NCBI GenBank assembly: GCA_963740315.1
Contig: CAVUDP010000002.1
Span: 928,001-992,000 of the forward strand
DNA length: 64,000 nucleotides
Direction: 5' to 3'
From: an uncultured cyanobacterium
GTDB taxonomy: Bacteria > Cyanobacteriota > Cyanobacteriia > Cyanobacteriales > Nostocaceae
The number at the start of each line of letters is the position of its first letter. Positions within the stretch are counted from its first letter, which is position 1. Below, piece by piece: positions 31,673 through 39,897 of the stretch. Position numbers and translations under genes: made by a program. The notes under the pieces were generated by a model. It was not told the origin of the DNA. It saw only the letters and a list, made by a program, of their open reading frames with translations, and did not search any database.

Positions 31673-32392
31673 ATGAGTGAAATTAGAGTTGTCGTAGTTG
31701 AAGATCATAATTTAACTAGAATCGGTTTACGAGCAGCTTTGGAAACTCGCGAACAAATCAAGATTGTTGGTGAAGCTTCTAACGGAACTGATGGCTTAAA
31801 TCTTCTCAAAAGTTTAAAACCAGATGTTGCTACAATCGACCTGGGTTTACCGGATATAGACGGTATTGAATTAACGCGAAGATTTCGACAATATCAAGCA
31901 GAGATTAAAAGCGATGCTACAAAGCTGTTAATTTTAACGATGCAAAACAGCGATGAAGCGGTATTGGCAGCGTTTGGTGCTGGTGCTGATTCCTACTGCA
32001 TGAAAGATATTGAAAGCGAAAAATTAGTCGAAGCAGTAGAGGCAACAGCTTCAAGTGGTTCTTGGATCGATCCAGCTATTGCAGATATTGTACTGCGACA
32101 AGTGCGTCAGGAAGTAACCCAAGGAAAAGCGGATGCGGATGCAAAAACAGTCGCAATTCAAGCGGTAGATCCAGAAGTTGAAAAAGTTATAGAAACTTAT
32201 CCTTTAACAAAACGGGAATTAGAAGTATTAGAATTGATAGTTTCTGGATGCGACAATGCAGCAATTGCCAAGGAACTATACTTAACAATCGGTACCGTCA
32301 AAACCCACGTGCGAGGGATTCTCAGCAAACTGTGCGTTGACGATCGCACTCAAGCAGCAGTACGGGCTTTACGCTCTGGGATAGTACAGTAA
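31673..32392 (+). CDS. NarL/LuxR-family response regulator (OrrA-like from recollection)
   Basis: REC (VEDH, IDLGLP) plus LTKRELEVL..TVKTHV HTH. ATG at 31673 preferred over TTG at 31631. Confidence 0.9.
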   Translation: MSEIRVVVVEDHNLTRIGLRAALETREQIKIVGEASNGTDGLNLLKSLKPDVATIDLGLPDIDGIELTRRFRQYQAEIKSDATKLLILTMQNSDEAVLAAFGAGADSYCMKDIESEKLVEAVEATASSGSWIDPAIADIVLRQVRQEVTQGKADADAKTVAIQAVDPEVEKVIETYPLTKRELEVLELIVSGCDNAAIAKELYLTIGTVKTHVRGILSKLCVDDRTQAAVRALRSGIVQ

Positions 32393-32617
32393 TCAGTGAC
32401 CAGTAACCAGCGATCGGTTACTGGTTACAATTCTTCCCCCTCTTCCCCTCTTAACTTTTATCAATGTTAAAAATCGATAAAATGCAATAATAGGTTTTAC
32501 TTATGGGGTGTGGTGTCTGATAAATTAGTTAAACATATACTTGTTGATGTCTTGCGATCGCCAGGCATATTAAAACGGTAACAAAAATTTCCTATATACT
32601 ATTCCCATATAATTATC

Positions 32618-34426
32618 ATGGCGCTCATAGTTCAAAAATACGGTGGTTCTTCTGTTGGCTCGGTTGAACGCATTCAAGCAGTAGCAAAGCGCGTTTGCGA
32701 AACTGTTTCTGGAGGAAATTCTGTAGTAGTGGTGGTTTCTGCTATGGGAAAAACTACTGATGGACTTGTGAAACTCGCCTCTGATATTTCTCCCCACCCT
32801 TCAAAACGAGAAATGGATATGTTGCTTTCTACTGGGGAACAGGTATCTATTGCTTTGGTTAGTATGGCGTTGCAGGAAAACGGACAGCCAGCTATTTCTT
32901 TGACTGGTGCCCAAGTAGGAATTGTTACTGAAGCCGAACACACCCGCGCTCGTATTTTACATATTGCTACCGATAGGATAGAAAAATGTTTAAATGAAGG
33001 TAGAGTCGTTGTAATTGCTGGTTTTCAGGGAATTAGCAGCACCGAAGAATTAGAAATTACCACCCTTGGACGCGGCGGTTCCGATACTTCAGCGGTGGCG
33101 ATCGCCGCTGCCTTGAACGCAGAAAAATGTGAAATTTATACAGACGTGCCAGGGATATTAACTACAGATCCCCGTTTGGTTCCAGAGGCGCGGTTGATGC
33201 CAGAAGTTACCAGCGATGAAATGCTGGAATTAGCGTCTTTAGGAGCAAAAGTTTTGCATCCCCGCGCTGTAGAAATAGCCCGCAATTACGGCGTGCGTTT
33301 GGTAGTACGCTCTAGCTGGACGGACGATCCAGGTACTATAGTTGATTCACCCAAACCAAAACCGCGTCCTTTAATTAATTTGGAAATAGCTAGACCAGTT
33401 GACGATATAGAATTTGATACAGACCAAGCGAAAGTATCATTACTGCGCGTACCGGATAAACCGGGGGTTGCAGCGCAGCTATTTGGGGAAATTGCCCGTC
33501 AAAAAGTAGACGTAGATTTAATTATTCAGTCCATCCACGAAGGTAATACCAACGACATTGCCTTTACCGTGATGACACCGATATTGAAAAAAGCCGAGGC
33601 AGTTGCTTCGGCGATCGCCCCAGCACTTCGATCGAATGATGGAGAAATTCAAGAAGCCGAAGTCATGGTAGTGCAGCAGATTGCCAAAGTAAGTATAGTC
33701 GGTGCGGGAATGATTGGTCGTCCGGGTGTTGCAGCAGAAATGTTCGCTACCCTAGCGCGTAATTCCATTAACATCAGAATGATTTCCACAAGCGAAGTAA
33801 AAGTTAGTTGCGTAATTGACTCTTCTGATTGCGACAAAGCAGTAAAAGCACTACGAGAAACATTTGAGATAGAAGATTCCGCTTCTCCCTCCCCCTCTCT
33901 CCCCCTCTCCCCATCCTCCCCACCAGTAAGAGGAGTAGCCTTAGACATGAAACAAGCGCGTTTGGGCATTCGCCGAGTTCCAGATTTACCGGGGATGGCA
34001 GAAAAAATCTTCGGAACCCTAGCGCAACATAACATCAGCGTTGATATGATTATTCAATCCCAGCGCTGTCACGTAATTAAAGGTATTCCCACGCGAGACA
34101 TTGCCTTTACCGTAGCCAGAGTTGAAGCACGAGCAGCCCAAGAATTATTGCAAAAAGCCACGGGAGAATGCGGTTGGCGTGAAGTAGTACTTGACATGGA
34201 AATCGCCAAAGTAAGCATAGTTGGTGCGGGAATGGTAGGGCAGCCAGGAGTTGCAGCCAAAATGTTTGAAGCTTTATCCCAAGAAACCATCAACATTCAA
34301 ATGATTACCACTTCAGAAATCAAAATCAGTTGCGTAGTCGCGGAGAATCAAGGAGTCAAAGCCTTAAAAGCGATTCATGCAGCATTTGAGTTGGGGGGAG
34401 AAGAGCAATTTGTGATTCCAGCGTAA
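32618..34426 (+). CDS. lysC: Aspartate kinase (cyanobacterial type with four ACT domains)
   Basis: VQKYGGSS, SAMG, GRGGSD, YTDV; repeated ACT motifs. Confidence 0.96.
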   Translation: MALIVQKYGGSSVGSVERIQAVAKRVCETVSGGNSVVVVVSAMGKTTDGLVKLASDISPHPSKREMDMLLSTGEQVSIALVSMALQENGQPAISLTGAQVGIVTEAEHTRARILHIATDRIEKCLNEGRVVVIAGFQGISSTEELEITTLGRGGSDTSAVAIAAALNAEKCEIYTDVPGILTTDPRLVPEARLMPEVTSDEMLELASLGAKVLHPRAVEIARNYGVRLVVRSSWTDDPGTIVDSPKPKPRPLINLEIARPVDDIEFDTDQAKVSLLRVPDKPGVAAQLFGEIARQKVDVDLIIQSIHEGNTNDIAFTVMTPILKKAEAVASAIAPALRSNDGEIQEAEVMVVQQIAKVSIVGAGMIGRPGVAAEMFATLARNSINIRMISTSEVKVSCVIDSSDCDKAVKALRETFEIEDSASPSPSLPLSPSSPPVRGVALDMKQARLGIRRVPDLPGMAEKIFGTLAQHNISVDMIIQSQRCHVIKGIPTRDIAFTVARVEARAAQELLQKATGECGWREVVLDMEIAKVSIVGAGMVGQPGVAAKMFEALSQETINIQMITTSEIKISCVVAENQGVKALKAIHAAFELGGEEQFVIPA

Positions 34427-34501
34427 CTCGTTCCCAGTCTCCGGCATAACTCGTTCCCAGTCTCCGGCATAACTCGTTCCCAGGCAGAGCCAGGGAACGA
34501 G
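34424..34501 (+). repeat. Left REP cluster: two 23-bp units plus a full CTCGTTCCCAGG..CCAGGGAACGAG palindrome
   Basis: TAACTCGTTCCCAGTCTCCGGCA at 34424 and 34447; third unit at 34470. Confidence 0.9.
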
Positions 34502-34612
34502 AGAAACGGGGGCGACAAAAAAGTGAGAAATAAAACTTAGATGGATTTTAGTTCTGTGTCTGGGAACTATATTAACGAGGCTCTGCCTCCCTAACACAAA
34601 CATTTCACACTT

Positions 34613-35146
34613 ATGGGACGCTCTCGTTATAAATTCATTGAAAATAGCCCACATTTTCTCACCTGTACGATTGTCAATTGGCTTCCTGTATTTAGCCAAC
34701 CAGAATTTGCCCAAATAATTCTCAAATCCCTGGACTTTCTTTCGCGCAATCAACGGTTAACCTTGCACGCTTATGTAATTATGGAAAATCACCTTCACTT
34801 AATTGCCTCGGCGGAAAATATTTCAAAAGAAATAGCTACTTTTAAATCATTTACTGCTCGTTCGATAATCGACAAGTTGAAACAGAATAAAGCAGAGTAT
34901 TTACTTACACAATTAAAGTTTCATAAAAGACTGCACAAAACTAATCAAGATTATCAATTATGGCAAGAAGGTTCGCATCCACAGACAATATTGAGCGAAC
35001 AGATGCTGATACAAAAGTTGGAATACATACACAATAACCCGGTAAGGCGTGGTTATATAGATAACCCTGCTCACTGGCGATATTCTAGTTGTCGTAACTA
35101 TATGGATATGGAAGGAATTTTAAATATCGATGTACTGGAAATATAG
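34613..35146 (+). mobile_element. REP-associated tyrosine transposase (RAYT / TnpA-REP, Y1 HUH family)
   Basis: HFLT.T, YVIMENHLHLI (HUH), WQ, YIHNNPV and WRYSS motifs; flanked by REP palindromes. Confidence 0.9.
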
Positions 35147-35151
35147 CTTTT

Positions 35152-35308
35152 TAACTCGTTGCCAGTCTCCGGCGTGACTCGTTCCCAGTCTCCGGCGTAA
35201 CTCGTTCCCAGCCGGAGGCTGGGAATGCATTTCGGAAGGCTCCGCCTCCTGCGTGTGTGGGAGGCGGAGCCTCTTGTAAGCCATTCCCCCCGCTGTGCCA
35301 GGGAACGA
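35152..35308 (+). repeat. Right REP cluster: two 23-bp units plus a REPIN-like nested palindrome
   Basis: Units at 35152, 35175 and 35198; inner GGCTCCGCCTCC/GGAGGCGGAGCC stem; ends GGGAACGAG. Confidence 0.88.
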
Positions 35309-35355
35309 GAAACGAGAAACAAAGCTTAGTTTGAATGATGTGCTTCCACGTTAAT

Positions 35356-35695
35356 CAATTATCAATTATTACTTTAGCTTCAACTGTTAAAAAACAAGGT
35401 TTATCGAAAACAATATGCCAGATAAATCCTCATCATAAACTAGTGCTTGATGGCTCCAAAGAGTTAATTTACTTCTATAGGATTTCCAAACTTCTTTCAA
35501 AATCGGATAAATCAGATTTTCGCAAATAGCATCTTCAGAATTATCAACAACTCCATCTGTAAACAACAAATCAAGTTCTTCTCGGAATGAATCTTTAACC
35601 GGAAAATCCACTTCCAGCATAAAATTTTCCTGAAAATACTTGATTTGAAACTTTCTAATTACCGCACTAATACTTTTATAATTACTAAATGCCAT
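35356..35695 (-). pseudogene. Truncated and frameshifted cyanobacterial hypothetical (restriction-endonuclease-like fold)
   Basis: After DEDLSG a second frame reads IVFDKPCFLTVEAK and then runs into repeat sequence. Confidence 0.6.
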
Positions 35696-35762
35696 AAATC
35701 AATTATCAATTATCAATTATCAATTATCACCCTCTAAGTAAGGCTGATAAATTGTTCATCGA

Positions 35763-36203
35763 TCACTGATATTGTCTACCTAAAACTGCCATATCTTCAG
35801 CATCCAATTCTACAGGTGTACCGCTGCGAATTAATTCGGCAAAATCTTCATTGGGAACCATAATAGTTAAAGTATATAAACGTCCCGATCCCGTATTTTC
35901 GATTAGATGAGTACCAGTCGCAGGAACCAGTAAACTATCTCCAGCTTTGATATTTACAGTCTTACCATCACAAGTTGCTCTACCTTCACCTTTAAGAATA
36001 AAAAACATCTCCAAAGCAAACGAATGACGATTTGGCGGAGTCTTGCCACCCACATCAAAAATTTCCACGCAACAAGTTAACGATGAATTAGCGATCGCCG
36101 GATCGAAAACAATCGCCAAACGGTTAGAATCATTAGGACTAATCCGATACGCTTGATAATCTGACGGAGACTTAATAACTGGAATTACGCAACTGTTAAT
36201 CAT
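35763..36203 (-). CDS. Cupin domain protein
   Basis: PPNRH..EMFFILKGEG and GDSLLVP..GTH.IEN motifs. Confidence 0.88.
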   Translation of the reverse strand: MINSCVIPVIKSPSDYQAYRISPNDSNRLAIVFDPAIANSSLTCCVEIFDVGGKTPPNRHSFALEMFFILKGEGRATCDGKTVNIKAGDSLLVPATGTHLIENTGSGRLYTLTIMVPNEDFAELIRSGTPVELDAEDMAVLGRQYQ

Positions 36204-36205
36204 AT

Positions 36206-36296
36206 TTAGTAGTTAGTAGTTAGTAGTTAGTAGTTAGTAGTTAGTAGTTAGTAGTTAGTAGTTAGTAGTTAGTAGTTAGTAGTTAGTAGTTAGTAG
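36206..36296. repeat. STRR heptamer array (TTAGTAG)x13
   Basis: Perfect tandem copies counted directly. Confidence 0.95.
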
Positions 36297-36329
36297 TTAG
36301 TTGTTAGTTGTTGGTAATTGGTAATTGTT

Positions 36330-36545
36330 TCCCCATCCCCTTGTCTCCCCATCTCCCCATCCCCTTGTCTCCCCATCCCCTTGTCTCCCCATCTCCCCAT
36401 CCCCTTGTCTCCCCATCTCCCCATCCCCTTGTCTCCCCATCCCCTTGTCTCCCCATCTCCCCATCCCCCCAAAGGTTACTGAGCTTGTCGAAGTACTCCC
36501 CATCTCCCCATCCCCCCATCACCCCATCACCCCATCCCCCTCTCT
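36330..36545. repeat. STRR heptamer mosaic (CCCCATC/CCCTTGT/CTCCCCA) with an embedded SDR (GGTTACTGAGCTTGTCGAAGTA, about 36474-36495)
   Basis: Direct inspection. Confidence 0.9.
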
Positions 36546-37309
36546 CCTCCGATTCCTTCAACGATCGCTTGCGAGTCTGTAACAAAACCAAATAATTGTT
36601 TAACGTTATAAAGCGTTGCTAACCAGCAATATTCGGGGGAAGTGGTAGCGCTACAGTCTTTGATAAAAATGCAGTCATATCCTAAAAAGTTAGCATCTTG
36701 CAGGGTACATAGAACGCATTGGTCGGCATTGACACCTGCAAATAATAATGTCGTTTTACCCAAATTTCTTAAAACGCTGTCTAACGGGGTATCCCAAAAC
36801 CCGCTCATTCTAAATTTATCTATGTAAATATCTTGAGGCAACTGTTCTAATTCATCTACAACTGCCGCTGCCCAACTATCTTTTGTGAGAACTTTGGCGT
36901 TGTTGCGGGGTAAAGCATCTCCCAAACCGACACCTTCACCAGTAGGATTATAAACATGATGCAAACCCGCACTAATATTCAACAAGTCGGGACGATTTCC
37001 CCAGTTTAACCAGATTACGGGTACGTTATGCGATCGCAATACGGTCAGTAGATTTTGTAAAGGCGCGATCGGTTGCCGTGCGGGCGTTACATCTACCCCA
37101 ATATGCGCCAACCAACCATCGGGATGACAGAAATCGTTTTGCATATCGATGACGATAATAGCGGATTTTGCCAAATCAAAGCGCACATTTTTCGTTTCTG
37201 TGGCTACAATAACGGGTTGTGGATCGACGGGAGGGCGGCTGATATCTGCGATAGTATCATTTACCATCCAAGCATTCGGTGCAACTCCCAGGGTTCGTAA
37301 TGGCTTCAT
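36527..37309 (-). CDS. Isochorismatase-like cysteine hydrolase
   Basis: IDMQNDF (Asp), DKFR (Lys) and ADQCV (Cys) catalytic triad. Confidence 0.9.
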   Translation of the reverse strand: MKPLRTLGVAPNAWMVNDTIADISRPPVDPQPVIVATETKNVRFDLAKSAIIVIDMQNDFCHPDGWLAHIGVDVTPARQPIAPLQNLLTVLRSHNVPVIWLNWGNRPDLLNISAGLHHVYNPTGEGVGLGDALPRNNAKVLTKDSWAAAVVDELEQLPQDIYIDKFRMSGFWDTPLDSVLRNLGKTTLLFAGVNADQCVLCTLQDANFLGYDCIFIKDCSATTSPEYCWLATLYNVKQLFGFVTDSQAIVEGIGGERGMG

Positions 37310-37452
37310 AATCGGGTAGAGGGGGGAGAGGGGGAAGAGGGGGAGACAAGGGGATGGGGGGATGGGGAGAGATAGATTTAAATTTATAACTTCTAACTCC
37401 TAACTTCTAACTCCTAACTCATAACAACTAACTCATAATAAAGGTTAAAATC

Positions 37453-38850
37453 GTGAACTTTACAATTCAAAATGTTTTAATTCCAACTGAGGATGACTAC
37501 GCAACGGTAAACGTACAAGTTAAAGATGGAAATATCGCGGCGATTTCTGCTGATTTAGATGTGGTGGGCGTTGCGATCGATGGTACGAATAAGCTGCTGT
37601 TGCCGGGATTTGTTAACGCTCATACTCACTCTTCGGAAATGTGGCAGCGGGGAATCATGTCGATTTATCCTTTAGAGTTATGGTTGGCGGAACTTTATGA
37701 TTTTGCACCTCTAGATACTGAACGAGTTTATCTTAGTGCTTTGGGTACTGCGGTAGAAACTTTACTTTCTGGGGGTACCTGTGTGGTGGATCATTTAGTT
37801 TTGATTCCCGGCAAGGAAATTGAAACGATCGCCGTGGCAGTTGAAGCTTATCGAAAAGTTGGTATTCGCGCTTTTATCGCACCTTTAATTCAAGATGAAT
37901 CTCTCACCGCTGGGATGCCTTCGGGTGAGTCGGATGTAACTCATGAGGATTATTTTCGCTCGACTCAAGCGACTTTGGAAATCATGGAAGAGGCGATAAA
38001 TAAATTTCATAAACCGGAAGATGGGATTTATTTCGCTTTAGCACCGACGGGAATTCAACTTTGTAGCGATGCTTTATTTAAAGGATGTATTGAGTTAAGT
38101 GATAAATACAATCTTTGCCGTCATTCGCATTTATTGGAAACCAAAGCCCAGGAAAAGTTAGCTAAAGAAAAGTACGGCTGTACGGCTGTCGAACATTTAC
38201 ATAAAATTGGTTATTTGAATCATCGCACTTCTCTAGCGCATTGCGTTCATTTAACAAACAACGATATTAATATTCTGGCACAAACTAAATCTACAGTAGT
38301 TCACAATCCCTTGAGTAATTTACGTTTGGGAAGTGGAATTGCACCGATTTTAAAATATCGTCAAGCAGGAATAAATGTATCCTTTGGTTGCGATGGTGCG
38401 TCAAGTAATGATTCTCAAGATTTATTAGAAGCGATTAAAATTGGTTCGATTTTACATAACGTTACGGATTTAGACTATCAACATTGGATTACACCCAGAG
38501 AATCAATAAAAATGGCTTCTTTTGGTGGAGCAAAGGGACTAAATTTAGGAGAAGAAATTGGCGATCTTACAATTGGTAAAAAAGCCGATTTAGTCATGTA
38601 CGATTTAACCAGTTTATCATTATTACCCCGTACCGATCCAGTAGGATTATTAGTGTTGGGAAGACCTACAAATGTGGTAGATTGCGTTTGGGTGAATGGT
38701 AAGCAAATTGTGGGTGATGGGAAAGTTAAAAATATTGACGTTGATAATTTACGGCAAGAATTATTTAAACATAGTCAATGGCAAACCAAGCGTAAATCGA
38801 AAACTGTCAAAGAAATTGAAACACATTATCGGGGAGTGATGGAACTGTAA
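37453..38850 (+). CDS. Metal-dependent amidohydrolase (TRZ/ATZ, deaminase-like)
   Basis: PGFVNAHTH, HSHLLE, LAHCVH, NPLSNLRLGSG, GCDG and GKKADL motifs. Confidence 0.92.
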   Translation: MNFTIQNVLIPTEDDYATVNVQVKDGNIAAISADLDVVGVAIDGTNKLLLPGFVNAHTHSSEMWQRGIMSIYPLELWLAELYDFAPLDTERVYLSALGTAVETLLSGGTCVVDHLVLIPGKEIETIAVAVEAYRKVGIRAFIAPLIQDESLTAGMPSGESDVTHEDYFRSTQATLEIMEEAINKFHKPEDGIYFALAPTGIQLCSDALFKGCIELSDKYNLCRHSHLLETKAQEKLAKEKYGCTAVEHLHKIGYLNHRTSLAHCVHLTNNDINILAQTKSTVVHNPLSNLRLGSGIAPILKYRQAGINVSFGCDGASSNDSQDLLEAIKIGSILHNVTDLDYQHWITPRESIKMASFGGAKGLNLGEEIGDLTIGKKADLVMYDLTSLSLLPRTDPVGLLVLGRPTNVVDCVWVNGKQIVGDGKVKNIDVDNLRQELFKHSQWQTKRKSKTVKEIETHYRGVMEL

Positions 38851-39199
38851 AATAGTTAGCAGTTCATCGCGGCAACTATACTTTTTTGAAAGAAAAATAT
38901 GTATTGGGGACTGTTAAGCTCCCCATTTACATAGTATTTACACGGTTATTCTAGAGCAAGTATAAAATATACATATTACAAAAACTTTATTTTAAGTAGC
39001 TGTTTTTAACTCCATAAATTAGAAATTTTCCTTTTAATACAAGGAATAGAGAGTGTTATTTACTCTCATATTCAAAATAAATTTTAGTTAAAGATCCGTT
39101 GATACTAAAACTTTTTCCGGATAACAATTATACAGTGAATAGATATAAGTCTAATTCCTCATTAGCTGATAGAAAAATTATGCTTTCTGTTATTGCTCT

Positions 39200-39765
39200 T
39201 AAAGGTTCGTAGTAAGCGCTGTACTCGCTCCGGATTTAGGGAACTAAAGCCCTTACTACAAACCCGTCGGAATTAATGTAATCGACTACTAGTAGTCTGT
39301 CCCATAAAATATGATAGGTTTTCTCGCGTACCCGCCTGGGGTTAAAAACCCCAGTCTAATAGCCAAAGTCCTATAAATAGGACTAAGAAACTAGTCATCA
39401 AAACGCCTGGGGACAGACCACTAGTAGTCCTTTGCATTAGTTTTGACGGGTAAAAAGGTTCGTAGTAAGCGCTTTAGCGCTCCGGATTTAGGGAACCTAA
39501 GCCTTACTACAAACCCGTCAAATTTAATGCAATCGAATACTAGTACTCCACCACATAAGTTATGAGGGGTACTTCCTCAGTCCTCTTAAGAGGACTTTCG
39601 CTATTAGACAGGGACTTGCAGTCCCTGGCGGGTTGGATGCCCACCCGTCAAAACTAATGTCGCTCCGTACTAGTAGTCCATTTCAAAAGTTTTGAAGGGT
39701 AAAAAGGTTCGTAGTAAGAGTTTTAACTCTCCGGATTTGGTGCTAAAGCCCTTACTACAAACCTG
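39200..39765. mobile_element. Tandem array of MITE-like units joined at CTAG, each carrying a REP hairpin
   Basis: CTAG junctions at 39289, 39421, 39540 and 39670; imperfect terminal inverted repeats; cargo order A-B-A-B(rev)-A. Confidence 0.8.
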
Positions 39766-39897
39766 TGAAAAAGGCTTGAATTTTAGTCTTTCAAAAACAT
39801 CAGATTTTTTATAAATGTGCTTATTTCAAGCAGCTCGAACCTTCGAGTAGCGATATCTCCTGCGAAAAAATAACCCAAGTAAAAAGGAAAAAACAAA

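Noticed and set aside
34424..34501. Mini-CRISPR from 23-bp repeats
   Set aside because: The repeats are directly adjacent with no spacers, and are explained as REP units.
34364..35322. Two minus-strand ORFs sharing YAGDWERV.PETGNEL
   Set aside because: The shared peptide is only the antisense translation of the REP repeats.
36290..36595. Five overlapping Gly/Pro-rich ORFs
   Set aside because: They are translations of STRR heptamers in several frames.
39200..39765. Possible CRISPR or integron cassette array
   Set aside because: No constant 23-47 bp repeat with unique spacers, no attC core pattern, and no integrase or cassette ORFs.
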